From sequence record SRR20825019_1739: a stretch of DNA of 32,141 nucleotides. The stretch is one strand, 5' to 3'. A program made the position numbers and the translations under genes. Positions 16,904 through 26,306 of the stretch are shown here, piece by piece; the stretch's first letter is position 1, and each line of letters opens with the position of its first letter. The notes beneath the pieces were generated by a model, which ran no database searches, was not told where the DNA came from, and worked only from the letters and a program-made list of their open reading frames with translations.

Positions 16904-16925
16904 CAACACCAGAACCGGCAACATT

Positions 16926-17768
16926 ATGTCACTGCTTGACTACCTTCTACCCTACGATTTCTCGCCGCTGACCGTGCTGAGCTACATGCTCGTGATGGGG
17001 TTCTATGGCATCGGACTGCTTCGGATGCCGGATCAGGATCGGCCTGGCTCGCTACGGATTTTTGCGTTCACCCTGGGGGTGCTGATCTGTTATGCGGTGA
17101 TGCAGACGCGCTTCGATTACTACGCGCAATACATGTTCTTCGTTCATCGGGGCCAGCATCTGATTCTTCATCACATCGGGCCTATCCTGATCGCGCTGTC
17201 CAACCCCTTGCCGGTCATGCGGTTCTGGTTTGAAAAAATCAGCCCGGGCTGGCGGCGCACGCTCCGGCCTCTGGGTTGGGTTTATCGGGTTCTACAACAG
17301 CCCTTCATTGCCCTTTTCCTGTTTGTTGGGCTCATTTATTTCTGGCTGTGGCCATCAATCCATTTCGACGCCATGCTCAGTCGAGATCTGTACTGGGTCA
17401 TGAACTGGAGCATGTTACTGGATGGCCTGCTGTTCTGGTGGTTGATCTTCGACCCGCGACCGCCTGCGATCACCTCATCGCTGGGGTATGGCAGACGCAT
17501 GTTGGTTCTGGCTGCCGCAGGTGTGCTTCAGATGTTTCTTGGGGCGTGGATCGTGTTCTCACGTGACATGGTCTACGACGTTTACGAAGTCTGTGGCAGG
17601 GCCTGGCCGCTGGACCCGGAAGTCGACCAGCTTCTTGGCGGCATGCTGACCTATATCCCTCCGGCCATGATGAGCATCCTTGGCATTCTTCTGATGCTCC
17701 GGCGAGCCATGCATCAGGACGGAAAATATACCAACCAATCCAAACAACTTGAGGAAACAGCGTCATGA
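16926..17768 (+). CDS. Caa3-type CtaG cytochrome c oxidase assembly factor
   Basis: Multi-TM protein with MFFVHRGQHLILHHIGP, GLLFWW, DQLLGGML. Confidence 0.82.
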   Translation: MSLLDYLLPYDFSPLTVLSYMLVMGFYGIGLLRMPDQDRPGSLRIFAFTLGVLICYAVMQTRFDYYAQYMFFVHRGQHLILHHIGPILIALSNPLPVMRFWFEKISPGWRRTLRPLGWVYRVLQQPFIALFLFVGLIYFWLWPSIHFDAMLSRDLYWVMNWSMLLDGLLFWWLIFDPRPPAITSSLGYGRRMLVLAAAGVLQMFLGAWIVFSRDMVYDVYEVCGRAWPLDPEVDQLLGGMLTYIPPAMMSILGILLMLRRAMHQDGKYTNQSKQLEETAS

Positions 17769-18388
17769 GAACTCGCTTCTGGCGACAGCGCTCCAAAATC
17801 ATATCGGCGACCTTAACGCTGATAGCATCCCTATTGCTGACTGGTTGCCTTGGAAATGACGAGGAAGACTGGAACGGCAAAAACATCAGTGGCTTGATGC
17901 CTAAACTGGAATTCGACCTGATCAATAGCCAGGGCGAGTCGGTATCTGGCGATGATTACAGTGGCCGCGTGAGAATGCTGTTTTTCGGGTTCACCTCGTG
18001 CCCCGATGTTTGCCCAACTGCCCTGCAAAAGCTCAATCAGGCAACCAGTGGCCTGGACCCGAAGCTTCAGGATGAAGTACTCACTTTGTTCGTGAGTGTC
18101 GATCCGAAACGTGACACGCCTGAGCGTCTCGCAAAATACGTGGATTTCTTCGGTGACAATATTGTAGGACTCACTGGAAAAGAACCCCAGCTTCGTGAAC
18201 TGGCAAAACGATATAGAACAACCTTCGGTTATGACGAACCTGACCCCGATGGAAATTATGCGGTGTCACACAGCAGCGCGATTTATGTATTTGATCGCGA
18301 AGGTAACCCCCGCCTCTTAATGCGGCCCGATTTGAGTAGGGAAGAAATTCGGCATGACCTCGTTGCTCTTATTCAGGAGGATTCCTGA
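17765..18388 (+). CDS. SCO1/SenC copper chaperone (lipoprotein)
   Basis: Lipobox LLTGC; FFGFTSCPDVCP, VSVDPKRDTP, YAVSHS; ATGA overlap with the preceding gene. Confidence 0.92.
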   Translation: MRTRFWRQRSKIISATLTLIASLLLTGCLGNDEEDWNGKNISGLMPKLEFDLINSQGESVSGDDYSGRVRMLFFGFTSCPDVCPTALQKLNQATSGLDPKLQDEVLTLFVSVDPKRDTPERLAKYVDFFGDNIVGLTGKEPQLRELAKRYRTTFGYDEPDPDGNYAVSHSSAIYVFDREGNPRLLMRPDLSREEIRHDLVALIQEDS

Positions 18389-18453
18389 ATCGAGTTGGAG
18401 TTGATCTTAGGGCACATTTCCATCAGCTTGACGCCTAAAGGCGACGAAGTCAT

Positions 18454-19758
18454 TTAACCCGGCCACCGCGGATGCAGTTCATCAATCACATACCGGTGGG
18501 AATGCTCCGCTCCCGATTCCGTTCTGTGCGGGTGGTCGCGTGGCAGGTCATGATGGCTATGGGCAATCACCAATGGATCATCGGCGGGCCACAGTCGGCT
18601 GGCTGCAATCAGGAAGACAAGCCCCAGAACCGCCAACACAATCAGCGTTGGCTGAATGCCGGCAGATGAGCCAAGCCATCCCGCCAGCGGATAGGCGACC
18701 AGCCAGCCGGCGTGAGACAGCGAAAACTGGGCAGCAAACAGTGCTGGGCGGTCTTCGCCATGAGAAGACTGGGTGAGCAAACGGCCTATGGGTGTCTGAA
18801 CCGTTGAGAATCCGACACCAAGCAGCGCCCAGACTGGCATCAGCCTGTAGAGGCTGTCGGCAAACCACGCCGCGCCCAAACCGCCGAGCAACACCCAAGC
18901 CCCTGCCAGCATCACCGGACGGTCCTTCCAGCGTTTGAGCAGCGCGGGCAACGCCAGTGCCGCCAGCATGGAACCCGCGCCGAATGCCGCAAAAGCCATG
19001 GCCGTGTGCTGTTCGATCAAGCCAAAACCACCCTGCACCATCACTACGGTGTTCACGATCACCATGGAGCCGGCCATGCTGACCACCACATTCAGCGCGA
19101 TCAGCCCCCGAAGGCGCGGTGTGGCCATAAAAATACGAAACCCACGGCGGGCACGCTCGTGAATACTCCGGCGCTTCTCCGGTGCAGAGCCAGAAGGCAG
19201 AGCCACCGATACGACGAGCAACGCGGATGCGATGAAGCCAACCACCGTGCCGGAAAACAGCCCCTGCCAACTGGTGACCAACAACAGCATGCCGGCCAGA
19301 GCCGGGCTGATCAGGTTTTCAAGATCGTAGGCCAGACGGGAAAGGGACAGCGCCCGAGTATAGTCGTCCTCGTTGGGTAAGGTGTCCGGGATGGTGGACT
19401 GGAACGTCGGCGTAAAGGCCGCAGATGCCGATTGCAGCACGGCGATCAGTACATACACCTCCCAGACTTCCGTCACAAAAGGCAAGGCAAGTGCAACGGC
19501 AGCCCGCACCAGATCCAGCGATACCAGCATCAATCGTCGGGGCACACTCTCGGCAAGCGCTGAGGCCAGCGGTGCAATCAGCACATAGGCAACCATTTTA
19601 ATGGCCATCGCCGTGCCAAGTACCTGCCCCGCTTTATCTCCAGCCAGATCGAACGCCAATAGACTCAAGGCCACGGTTGCCAGCCCTGTGCCGAGCAAGG
19701 CGACCACCTGGGCCAAAAACAGATGACGATAGGTTTGGTGTTTCAGGATTCCAATCAC
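18454..19758 (-). CDS. nreB: NreB/NcrA-like MFS metal (Ni/Co) exporter
   Basis: MFS with YRHLFLAQVVALLGTGL, FAAQFSLSHA and a His-rich C-terminal tail HSHHDLPRDHPH...HSHRYVIDELHPRWP. Confidence 0.85.
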   Translation of the reverse strand: MIGILKHQTYRHLFLAQVVALLGTGLATVALSLLAFDLAGDKAGQVLGTAMAIKMVAYVLIAPLASALAESVPRRLMLVSLDLVRAAVALALPFVTEVWEVYVLIAVLQSASAAFTPTFQSTIPDTLPNEDDYTRALSLSRLAYDLENLISPALAGMLLLVTSWQGLFSGTVVGFIASALLVVSVALPSGSAPEKRRSIHERARRGFRIFMATPRLRGLIALNVVVSMAGSMVIVNTVVMVQGGFGLIEQHTAMAFAAFGAGSMLAALALPALLKRWKDRPVMLAGAWVLLGGLGAAWFADSLYRLMPVWALLGVGFSTVQTPIGRLLTQSSHGEDRPALFAAQFSLSHAGWLVAYPLAGWLGSSAGIQPTLIVLAVLGLVFLIAASRLWPADDPLVIAHSHHDLPRDHPHRTESGAEHSHRYVIDELHPRWPG

Positions 19759-19870
19759 GGGTCACCCACCGCTTACAAAAACCGCATTCAGAACCAGTGT
19801 CAGTCGCTGGTACATGTAAAGATTGAACCGCTACGGTGTGACTGAATCCGGGAATTGGTTACTGACAGGA

Positions 19871-20149
19871 TCACAGATACCGGGCAATGGCCTTAAATTC
19901 GTCCACTCGGCGTTGCTGATCCGGTGCCAGAGGTCCGATGGCATCATCGAGGCAGTGCTCTATATGATCCTGAACCAACACTCGCTTGGCCTGTTGAATG
20001 GCCTTTTCCACGGCGTGAAGCTGTTGGGCCAGTTCCAGGCAGGGTTTTCCCTGATCAATCATACCAATCACGCTTTCAAGATGGCCGTTAGCCCTCTTCA
20101 GGCGTTTGATAATATTCGGGTGAGATTGATGCGTGTGACTATTTACCAT
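19871..20149 (-). CDS. nreA: NreA/NcrB-like CsoR/RcnR-family metal-sensing repressor
   Basis: HQSHPNIIKRLKRANGHL, CLELAQQLHAVEKAI, DHIEHC, EFKAIARYL. Confidence 0.9.
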   Translation of the reverse strand: MVNSHTHQSHPNIIKRLKRANGHLESVIGMIDQGKPCLELAQQLHAVEKAIQQAKRVLVQDHIEHCLDDAIGPLAPDQQRRVDEFKAIARYL

Positions 20150-20160
20150 GTTTAATTCCT

Positions 20161-20177
20161 ATCCCCCATGGGGGGAT
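20161..20177. promoter_or_regulatory. CsoR/RcnR-family (NcrB/InrS-type) operator
   Basis: Palindrome ATCCCCC-ATG-GGGGGAT, 11 nt upstream of the repressor ATG, in the divergent intergenic region. Confidence 0.8.
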
Positions 20178-20229
20178 GTTATCCTCTATCTCCCTTGAAA
20201 TCCAACCACAGATTCGACGCATTAGATTG

Positions 20230-20613
20230 ATGATTTCGGCCATCCACCAGAGAAAACTGCTTCCGACGCTCGTCATGCTGTTTGCATTGGCGGGTCTGTC
20301 ACTGTCGGTGATTGGCGAGTCATTCTCTCACGGTGTGGCTGAGCTGGCTGGCGATTGGGAATCACTGCATGACGGCCACCCAGGCAGTCATGGTGGACAT
20401 GGACACACCCACGATTTTGACGAAGAGCCAGAGGCGGCGTCACTTCATCATGATGCTGGCAATCATACCCACGAGACCGTAGATCAGCTCAGGGTTCCGT
20501 TTGTTTCCCAAAGCCTGACCGTTCTCCGGCAGCCCGTGCCCTTTGCCGGAGGCTCTCCCCGCAGTTTGCGCTATCGGCTTGAACGCCCTCCAAAAGCTCT
20601 CCTTTCCGCTTGA
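20230..20613 (+). CDS. His-rich exported hypothetical protein
   Basis: Hydrophobic N-terminal segment, HDGHPGSHGGHGHTHD, HHDAGNHTHE and C-terminal RLERPPK. Confidence 0.72.
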   Translation: MISAIHQRKLLPTLVMLFALAGLSLSVIGESFSHGVAELAGDWESLHDGHPGSHGGHGHTHDFDEEPEAASLHHDAGNHTHETVDQLRVPFVSQSLTVLRQPVPFAGGSPRSLRYRLERPPKALLSA

Positions 20614-20661
20614 TTCTTGCCGCTTGCGCGGCCCGAGAAAACACATTCGATTGGAGTCTTT

Positions 20662-21396
20662 ATGTTGTCAAACTTGCCTGGCCGATGCCGTGGTGTGTCC
20701 TCAATGGGCACAGGTAATCGTCTACTCTGGATATTTCTGACTTTGGGCTTGCTGGGCCTGAGTACCGATGTACTCGCCCATGCCGTCGCCCAGGGCGACA
20801 AGGGGTACATCCAGGAAATTACCGGGATAAACCTTATTTCGTTCATCTATCTGGGGGCCAAACACATGGTCACCGGCTATGACCACCTGCTGTTCCTTCT
20901 GGGTGTCATTTTCTTCCTCTACCAGATGAAGCACATCGCGATCTACGTGAGCCTGTTTGCCTTGGGGCATTCCACCACAATGTTGCTGGGGGTTTACTTC
21001 AACGTGGGCATCAACAGCTACATCATTGATGCGATTATTGGTCTGTCCATCGTCTACAAGGCACTGGACAACATCGGTGCCTATCAGCGGTGGTTTGGCT
21101 TCCAGCCCAACACCAAGGCCGCCACGTTGATTTTCGGGTTCTTCCATGGCTTTGGTCTGTCCACCAAGATCATCGAATACGACATCTCACAGGACGGCCT
21201 GATTCCGAACCTCCTTGCCTTCAATGTGGGCGTGGAAATCGGACAGTTAATCGCCCTGGCCATGATCCTGATTGCCATCAGCTTCTGGCGAAAAACCGAC
21301 GGCTTTTTCCGCCATGCCTACACCGCCAACGTGACCATGATGAGCGCAGGTTTCCTGCTCTTTGGCTATCAACTCACCGGTTACTTTGTCGCCTGA
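20662..21396 (+). CDS. HupE/UreJ-family (HupE_UreJ_2) membrane protein
   Basis: LGAKHMVTGYDHLLFL, FALGHSTT, FGFFHGFG, FNVGVEIGQ; GGAG RBS before ATG 20662. Confidence 0.87.
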   Translation: MLSNLPGRCRGVSSMGTGNRLLWIFLTLGLLGLSTDVLAHAVAQGDKGYIQEITGINLISFIYLGAKHMVTGYDHLLFLLGVIFFLYQMKHIAIYVSLFALGHSTTMLLGVYFNVGINSYIIDAIIGLSIVYKALDNIGAYQRWFGFQPNTKAATLIFGFFHGFGLSTKIIEYDISQDGLIPNLLAFNVGVEIGQLIALAMILIAISFWRKTDGFFRHAYTANVTMMSAGFLLFGYQLTGYFVA

Positions 21397-21411
21397 TTCT
21401 GGAGATTTTTT

Positions 21412-22101
21412 ATGTACAACACCGATATACCCAGCCGTGAAGAACTGCCCAGCACTGCCAAGCTGGTTCGATCCACCATCATTGCCGCTATTGTGGCGCT
21501 GGTTCTGCTGGTAACCGTGGTCATGCCCGCTGAATACGCCCTGGACCCAACCGGCGCAGGTCGCCTTTTGGGTCTGACTGAAATGGGCGAGATCAAGGAG
21601 CAGCTTGCTGAAGAAGCAGCTGCTGACGAGGCTGCCCAGATGGTTGCGGTGCAATCGTCGGTTGATCAGAAGACCCCGGAAGTCAAAGAACCTGTCGTGG
21701 ATGAAGCCGTTGAGGAGCCAAGTCCCTCACCTGAAGTAGAGGTTGCGCCTGCTGAGCCTGCGCCTGAACCGGAAATTGCGGAACCGCAGTGGCAGGATGA
21801 AGTACGCGTGGTTCTCACACCGGGAGAAGGCACAGAGTTCAAACTCACCATGGAGAAAGGTGCTACAGCCCGGTTCTCCTGGGTGTCTGAGGGTGGCCCT
21901 ATCAACTTCGATACCCATGGTGATGGAGGCGGCCAGTCAATTTCTTACGAAAAAGGCCGGGGCGTTCCGGAAGATGAGGGTGAGCTTGTGGCTGCACTCA
22001 CCGGCAACCATGGCTGGTTTTTCCGAAACAGGAACGACAACAACATCACCCTCGTGCTGAGAACGGGCGGAGATTATGGGGAGTTGCGAAGAGCGTTATA
22101 A
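21412..22101 (+). CDS. Membrane-anchored periplasmic protein commonly downstream of HupE/UreJ genes
   Basis: Single TM, MPAEYALDPTGAGRLLGLTEMG, Glu/Pro linker, FDTHGD, GNHGWFFRNR. Confidence 0.8.
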   Translation: MYNTDIPSREELPSTAKLVRSTIIAAIVALVLLVTVVMPAEYALDPTGAGRLLGLTEMGEIKEQLAEEAAADEAAQMVAVQSSVDQKTPEVKEPVVDEAVEEPSPSPEVEVAPAEPAPEPEIAEPQWQDEVRVVLTPGEGTEFKLTMEKGATARFSWVSEGGPINFDTHGDGGGQSISYEKGRGVPEDEGELVAALTGNHGWFFRNRNDNNITLVLRTGGDYGELRRAL

Positions 22102-22121
22102 ATCCAGGTGATCCTACCAAG

Positions 22122-22149
22122 GGAGGGCCGGTCTCGCGGCCGGCCCTCC
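22122..22149. terminator. GC-rich hairpin after the last island gene
   Basis: GGAGGGCCGGTC-TCGC-GGCCGGCCCTCC; no U-tract. Confidence 0.45.
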
Positions 22150-22279
22150 TGCCGACTATTCAGGGTACTAATAAGAAGTGCACTGCAATAAGTCGCGATG
22201 GCCCGCTTTATGCTTAAACCTCCCCTAGACACCAAAACCGTCAACATTTTCTCATTGGCCATGGGAGGGGACCAACGCC

Positions 22280-22933
22280 ATGTCGCTACTCACATCGCTG
22301 ATCAAAGCCAGCACCCAGTTCCAGCAGGCCATGGAAAAGAAACAGCCGGCGGCATCAGGCAATGCGGCACCAAAGCCCACAGCGCCGGAGGCGCCGGCTT
22401 CCGCAACCGATGACCGGTTTACCCTGTCCGAGCGGGCGAGTTTCGATACCGGCCGCCCCAAATCCACCCGGTTGCAGATGGCTGAGTACAAGCAAACCGT
22501 CGGGCAGGACCTTGCCTATATGCGGGAGACGCTGCGGCATAAACTTGCCGAGTACAAACTGAATCCGGCAACCAGTGTGGAAGTCTCAAAGACCGACGAA
22601 GGCAAAATCAGCGTTGGTGGTGGCATCCCAGAGGATAGCCGCAGCCGTATCGAACAGGACCTGAACAACAGCAAGCCGTTCGGGGAGGCATTCAGCCGGC
22701 TCAGTGCCAGCGAGCCCACCCTGCACTTTGTGGACAACGCGCTCAAGTTGAACAAGGCATACGGCGTGAACAATTCACTGCTGGACACCCTGGTCAGCGA
22801 CAACCAGCAATTCAACGGCCTGCAGGACCTGGCGCACCGCTACGACAGCCTGCGCAGGACCATCAGTACCGATCAGGCCACCAACTACGCAGACCGCAAA
22901 AATTTCGCCCTGAGCCTGAACACCCGGGCCTGA
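22280..22933 (+). CDS. Hypothetical protein
   Basis: 217-aa ORF with GGAGGGG RBS and GC3-biased codons; no recognised motif. Confidence 0.75.
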   Translation: MSLLTSLIKASTQFQQAMEKKQPAASGNAAPKPTAPEAPASATDDRFTLSERASFDTGRPKSTRLQMAEYKQTVGQDLAYMRETLRHKLAEYKLNPATSVEVSKTDEGKISVGGGIPEDSRSRIEQDLNNSKPFGEAFSRLSASEPTLHFVDNALKLNKAYGVNNSLLDTLVSDNQQFNGLQDLAHRYDSLRRTISTDQATNYADRKNFALSLNTRA

Positions 22934-22938
22934 CTCCG

Positions 22939-23562
22939 TTAAATCCGGAAGGGCTCTGGGTCCCCTTTGCCGACGCGAGTCACCTCCGGCGCATCCCCAG
23001 TCATATTCACCACGGTGGTCGCCTCCAGGCCGCAAAAGCCACCATCGATGATCAGGTCCAGATCGTGTTCCAGAGTTTCCCGGATGTCATAAGGGTCGGT
23101 CATTGGGTCTTCGTCACCCGGCAATATCAGCGTACTGCTCATGATGGGTTCGCCCAGTTCCGCCAGCAGCGCCTGCACAATCGCGTTGTCTGGCACCCGC
23201 ATGCCAATGGTTTTACGCTTGGGGTGTAACAGACGGCGTGGTACTTCACTGGTGGCGTCCAGAATGAATGTGTATGCCCCCGGTGTGAAGTTCTTGAGCA
23301 GCCGATACTGGGTGTTGTCGACCTTCGCGAACACGCCGATGTCCGAAAGGTCCCGGCACATCAGGGTGAAGTTGTGCTTGTCATCCAGGCGGCGAATGCG
23401 CTTTATCCGGTCCGCTGCCTGCTTGTCACCGAGGTGGCAGCCAATGGCGTAGGCGGAATCCGTCGGATACACAATAACGCCTCCCTTGCGGAGAATATCC
23501 ACGGCCTGGTTGATCAGCCGCTTCTGGGGCGTTTCCGGGTGAATCTGGAAGAACTGGCTCAC
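22939..23562 (-). CDS. yciO: Sua5/YciO/YrdC family protein (YciO)
   Basis: MSQFFQIHPETPQ..., IVYPTDSAYAIGC, HNFTLMC, KRKTIGMRVPD; GTG start at 23562 overlaps the bolA stop (GTGA). Confidence 0.92.
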   Translation of the reverse strand: MSQFFQIHPETPQKRLINQAVDILRKGGVIVYPTDSAYAIGCHLGDKQAADRIKRIRRLDDKHNFTLMCRDLSDIGVFAKVDNTQYRLLKNFTPGAYTFILDATSEVPRRLLHPKRKTIGMRVPDNAIVQALLAELGEPIMSSTLILPGDEDPMTDPYDIRETLEHDLDLIIDGGFCGLEATTVVNMTGDAPEVTRVGKGDPEPFRI

Positions 23563-23903
23563 TGGCCACCTCCGGGTGCAAAGGCCGGATCGTTCTTGGA
23601 GCCGCCCATGCAATTAGGAGAATCAGGCGCAGCCTGGCCGGAACTCTCCCACTCCTGTGGTGAATACACATGCAGCGCCAGGGCGTGGACGCCACCGGCC
23701 ATTTCGTTCGCCAGTATTTTGTAGATGGCTTGGTGCCGCTTGACCTTACCCTGACCCTCGAACTCTGAAGACACCAGAGTCACCTTGAAATGGGTTTCAG
23801 AGTTCGGCGGCACGCTATGTTTGTGGCTCTCGTTTTCAACCATGAGGTGTTGACTGTCGAAAGCGCTTGTCAGCTTTTGCTCAATGGCTTGTTGTGTGGA
23901 CAT
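23559..23903 (-). CDS. bolA: BolA family protein
   Basis: VENESHKH, SETHFKV, KRHQAIY, GVHALALH. Confidence 0.93.
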   Translation of the reverse strand: MSTQQAIEQKLTSAFDSQHLMVENESHKHSVPPNSETHFKVTLVSSEFEGQGKVKRHQAIYKILANEMAGGVHALALHVYSPQEWESSGQAAPDSPNCMGGSKNDPAFAPGGGQ

Positions 23904-24026
23904 AAACAGGCCTGCTCCTGATTGAATGTGTTATGGAACAGTCTACTACACCAAACGCTGTGTTACCTTGACAGGATACAGACAAAGCGCCATCTTCCAC
24001 CCCCACCCGAAAACTGCTTCCGACTT

Positions 24027-26192
24027 ATGCGCCTGTACATTGCTGAAAAACCAAGCTTGGGCCGGGCAATTGCTGCTGCCCTCCCCGCTCCCCATCAGAA
24101 AGGGAACGGATGGATTCGTTGCGGTGAAGGAAGCAACGCCAGCACCGTTAGCTGGTGTATCGGCCATCTATTGGAACCGGCAGAACCCGGCCAGTACGAC
24201 CCGCGCTGGAAAAAATGGCGACAGGAAGATCTGCCCCTGTTCCCCGGGCGTTGGGAGGTAATGCCCAAAGACAGCGTACGCCAGCAGCTCAAGGTATTGG
24301 AGTCTCTGGTCCGCAAGGCGAAGACCATTGTCCACGCCGGCGATCCGGACCGGGAAGGCCAACTGCTGGTGGACGAAGTCATCCGCTACACCGGTGCCAC
24401 CTGTCCGGTGCAGAGAATCCTGATCAACGACCTGACCCCGGCGGCCGTGGCAAAGGCCATCCAGGCACCCAAGGACAATCGTGAGTTTCGCCGCCTGTCC
24501 CATTCCGCCCTCGCCCGCCAGCGGGCGGACTGGCTCTACGGCATTAATCTTACCCGTTTCTATACCCTGTCCTATCAGCAGCAGGGCCAGCAGGGCGTGT
24601 ATTCCGTCGGCCGTGTACAAACCCCGGTGCTGGGATTGGTGGTGGAGCGGGACAACACCATTGAGAACTTCCAGCCGAAACCTTTTTTCCGCGTTCAGGC
24701 GACGTGCCACGCGATAGATGAGGAATCGGACCAGCAATCATTTACGGCACGCTGGCAGCCCTCGGAAGCCTACCGGGAATACCTGGATGAAGAAGACCGT
24801 TTGTTGGACAGCGATGTCGCCAGGCAGATCGCCGAGGCCGTAGAAGGACGGCCCGGCAAAGTTACGGAATCCCGTTTCCGCGACAGGAACGAAACGCCGC
24901 CTCTCCCATTCTCACTCTCAGCCTTGCAGATCGAGGCGGGGCGACTGTTCCGCATGGGCGCGAAAGACGTGCTGGACACCGCACAAAACCTGTACGAACG
25001 CCACCAGTTGATTACCTATCCCCGTTCGGACTGCCGTTATCTGCCGGAAGGTCATTTTGACCAGCGTCAGAGTGTGGTGCAGGCCATTGGCAATGTCGCC
25101 GGCGAACTGGCGACAGCCTGCGAGGCAACGGACCTCAACCGCCGCACCGAAGCCTGGAACGACAAGAAGGTGGATGCCCACCACGCTATCATCCCGACGG
25201 CCAGAAAGGCGCCCAATGGACGTCTGAGCGAAGCTGAGAGAAACATTTACGAACTGATCAGCCGGTATTACCTGATGCAGTTCAGCGCCGACGCCATTCA
25301 CCGGGAAGGCAAATTAACTGTCGGGATTGGCGAACACGCGTTCAGGGCAACGGAAACCGCGGTTCTTCAGCCGGGCTGGAAAACCCTGGAGATTCGCCAG
25401 CGGGAAAGCCGACAGGAGGCCGCCAAAGCGCCCCTCCCTCGCCTGGAGAAAGGTGACCCCATACTCTGTGACTCGATGGACATCGCCGAGCGCAAAACCC
25501 AGCCACCCCAATATTTCACCGACGCGACGCTGCTGTCAGCGATGACCAATATCGCTCGCTTTGTCAGCGATCCAGAACTTCGGAAAACCCTGCGTGAGAC
25601 CGATGGGCTGGGCACTGAGGCCACGCGGGCGGCGATCATTGATACCCTGTTCCGGCGCGACTATCTATACCGGGACAAGCGCCACATCCGGTCAACGCCG
25701 AAGGGAAAAGCGTTGATTGATTCATTGCCGGAATCCGTCAGCAAGCCGGATATGACGGCCATCTGGGAAGCCACCCTGGAAAGTATTCGCCGCGGCGAGG
25801 GCAATCCCAAGCAGTTTATTGCAGACCTGAAAGAACAGATACGCGGGTTCATCAATACCCCAGAGCAGGAAGCCAAGACTGCCCCACCAAGCGAGGGGCA
25901 GCCGCACTGCCCCAAGTGCCGCGCTCCCATGCGCCAGCGCGAGGGCAAGTTTGGTGCCTTCCATGCCTGCACCCGCTTTCCTGACTGCAAAGGCACACGG
26001 CCCATTGAGGACCAGTCTCCGGCGGATGGCACGGGAGAGAAACCCATTCCCTGCCCGCACTGTTTTTCGCCCCTGGTGCGCAGACAAGGCAAAAAAGGCT
26101 GGTTCTGGGGCTGCAGTAATTTCCCCGGCTGCCGACAAACACTGGATGACGACAACGGAAAGCCTGCGATCCGTTTACGCAACACTACATAA
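24027..26192 (+). CDS. topB: DNA topoisomerase III with C-terminal zinc ribbons
   Basis: MRLYIAEKPS, AGDPDREG, SVGRVQTP, LITYPRSD (catalytic Tyr), GLGTEATRA; C-terminal CPKC..C..C and CPHC..C..C. Confidence 0.93.
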   Translation: MRLYIAEKPSLGRAIAAALPAPHQKGNGWIRCGEGSNASTVSWCIGHLLEPAEPGQYDPRWKKWRQEDLPLFPGRWEVMPKDSVRQQLKVLESLVRKAKTIVHAGDPDREGQLLVDEVIRYTGATCPVQRILINDLTPAAVAKAIQAPKDNREFRRLSHSALARQRADWLYGINLTRFYTLSYQQQGQQGVYSVGRVQTPVLGLVVERDNTIENFQPKPFFRVQATCHAIDEESDQQSFTARWQPSEAYREYLDEEDRLLDSDVARQIAEAVEGRPGKVTESRFRDRNETPPLPFSLSALQIEAGRLFRMGAKDVLDTAQNLYERHQLITYPRSDCRYLPEGHFDQRQSVVQAIGNVAGELATACEATDLNRRTEAWNDKKVDAHHAIIPTARKAPNGRLSEAERNIYELISRYYLMQFSADAIHREGKLTVGIGEHAFRATETAVLQPGWKTLEIRQRESRQEAAKAPLPRLEKGDPILCDSMDIAERKTQPPQYFTDATLLSAMTNIARFVSDPELRKTLRETDGLGTEATRAAIIDTLFRRDYLYRDKRHIRSTPKGKALIDSLPESVSKPDMTAIWEATLESIRRGEGNPKQFIADLKEQIRGFINTPEQEAKTAPPSEGQPHCPKCRAPMRQREGKFGAFHACTRFPDCKGTRPIEDQSPADGTGEKPIPCPHCFSPLVRRQGKKGWFWGCSNFPGCRQTLDDDNGKPAIRLRNTT

Positions 26193-26306
26193 CGACACTG
26201 AAGCGAAATTGCGGATTTGTAATAATATGAAGCGGAATTCAATACCCATTCCCCGCCGTCGGCCGGGAAGCCTGAATATGACAAATTTGATGTCGGGAGA
26301 CGTTTG

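Noticed and set aside
22109-22118. TGATCCTACC, matching the first bases of an IS3 end
   Set aside because: Only 10 bp, and the downstream GGACAC element is missing; likely chance.
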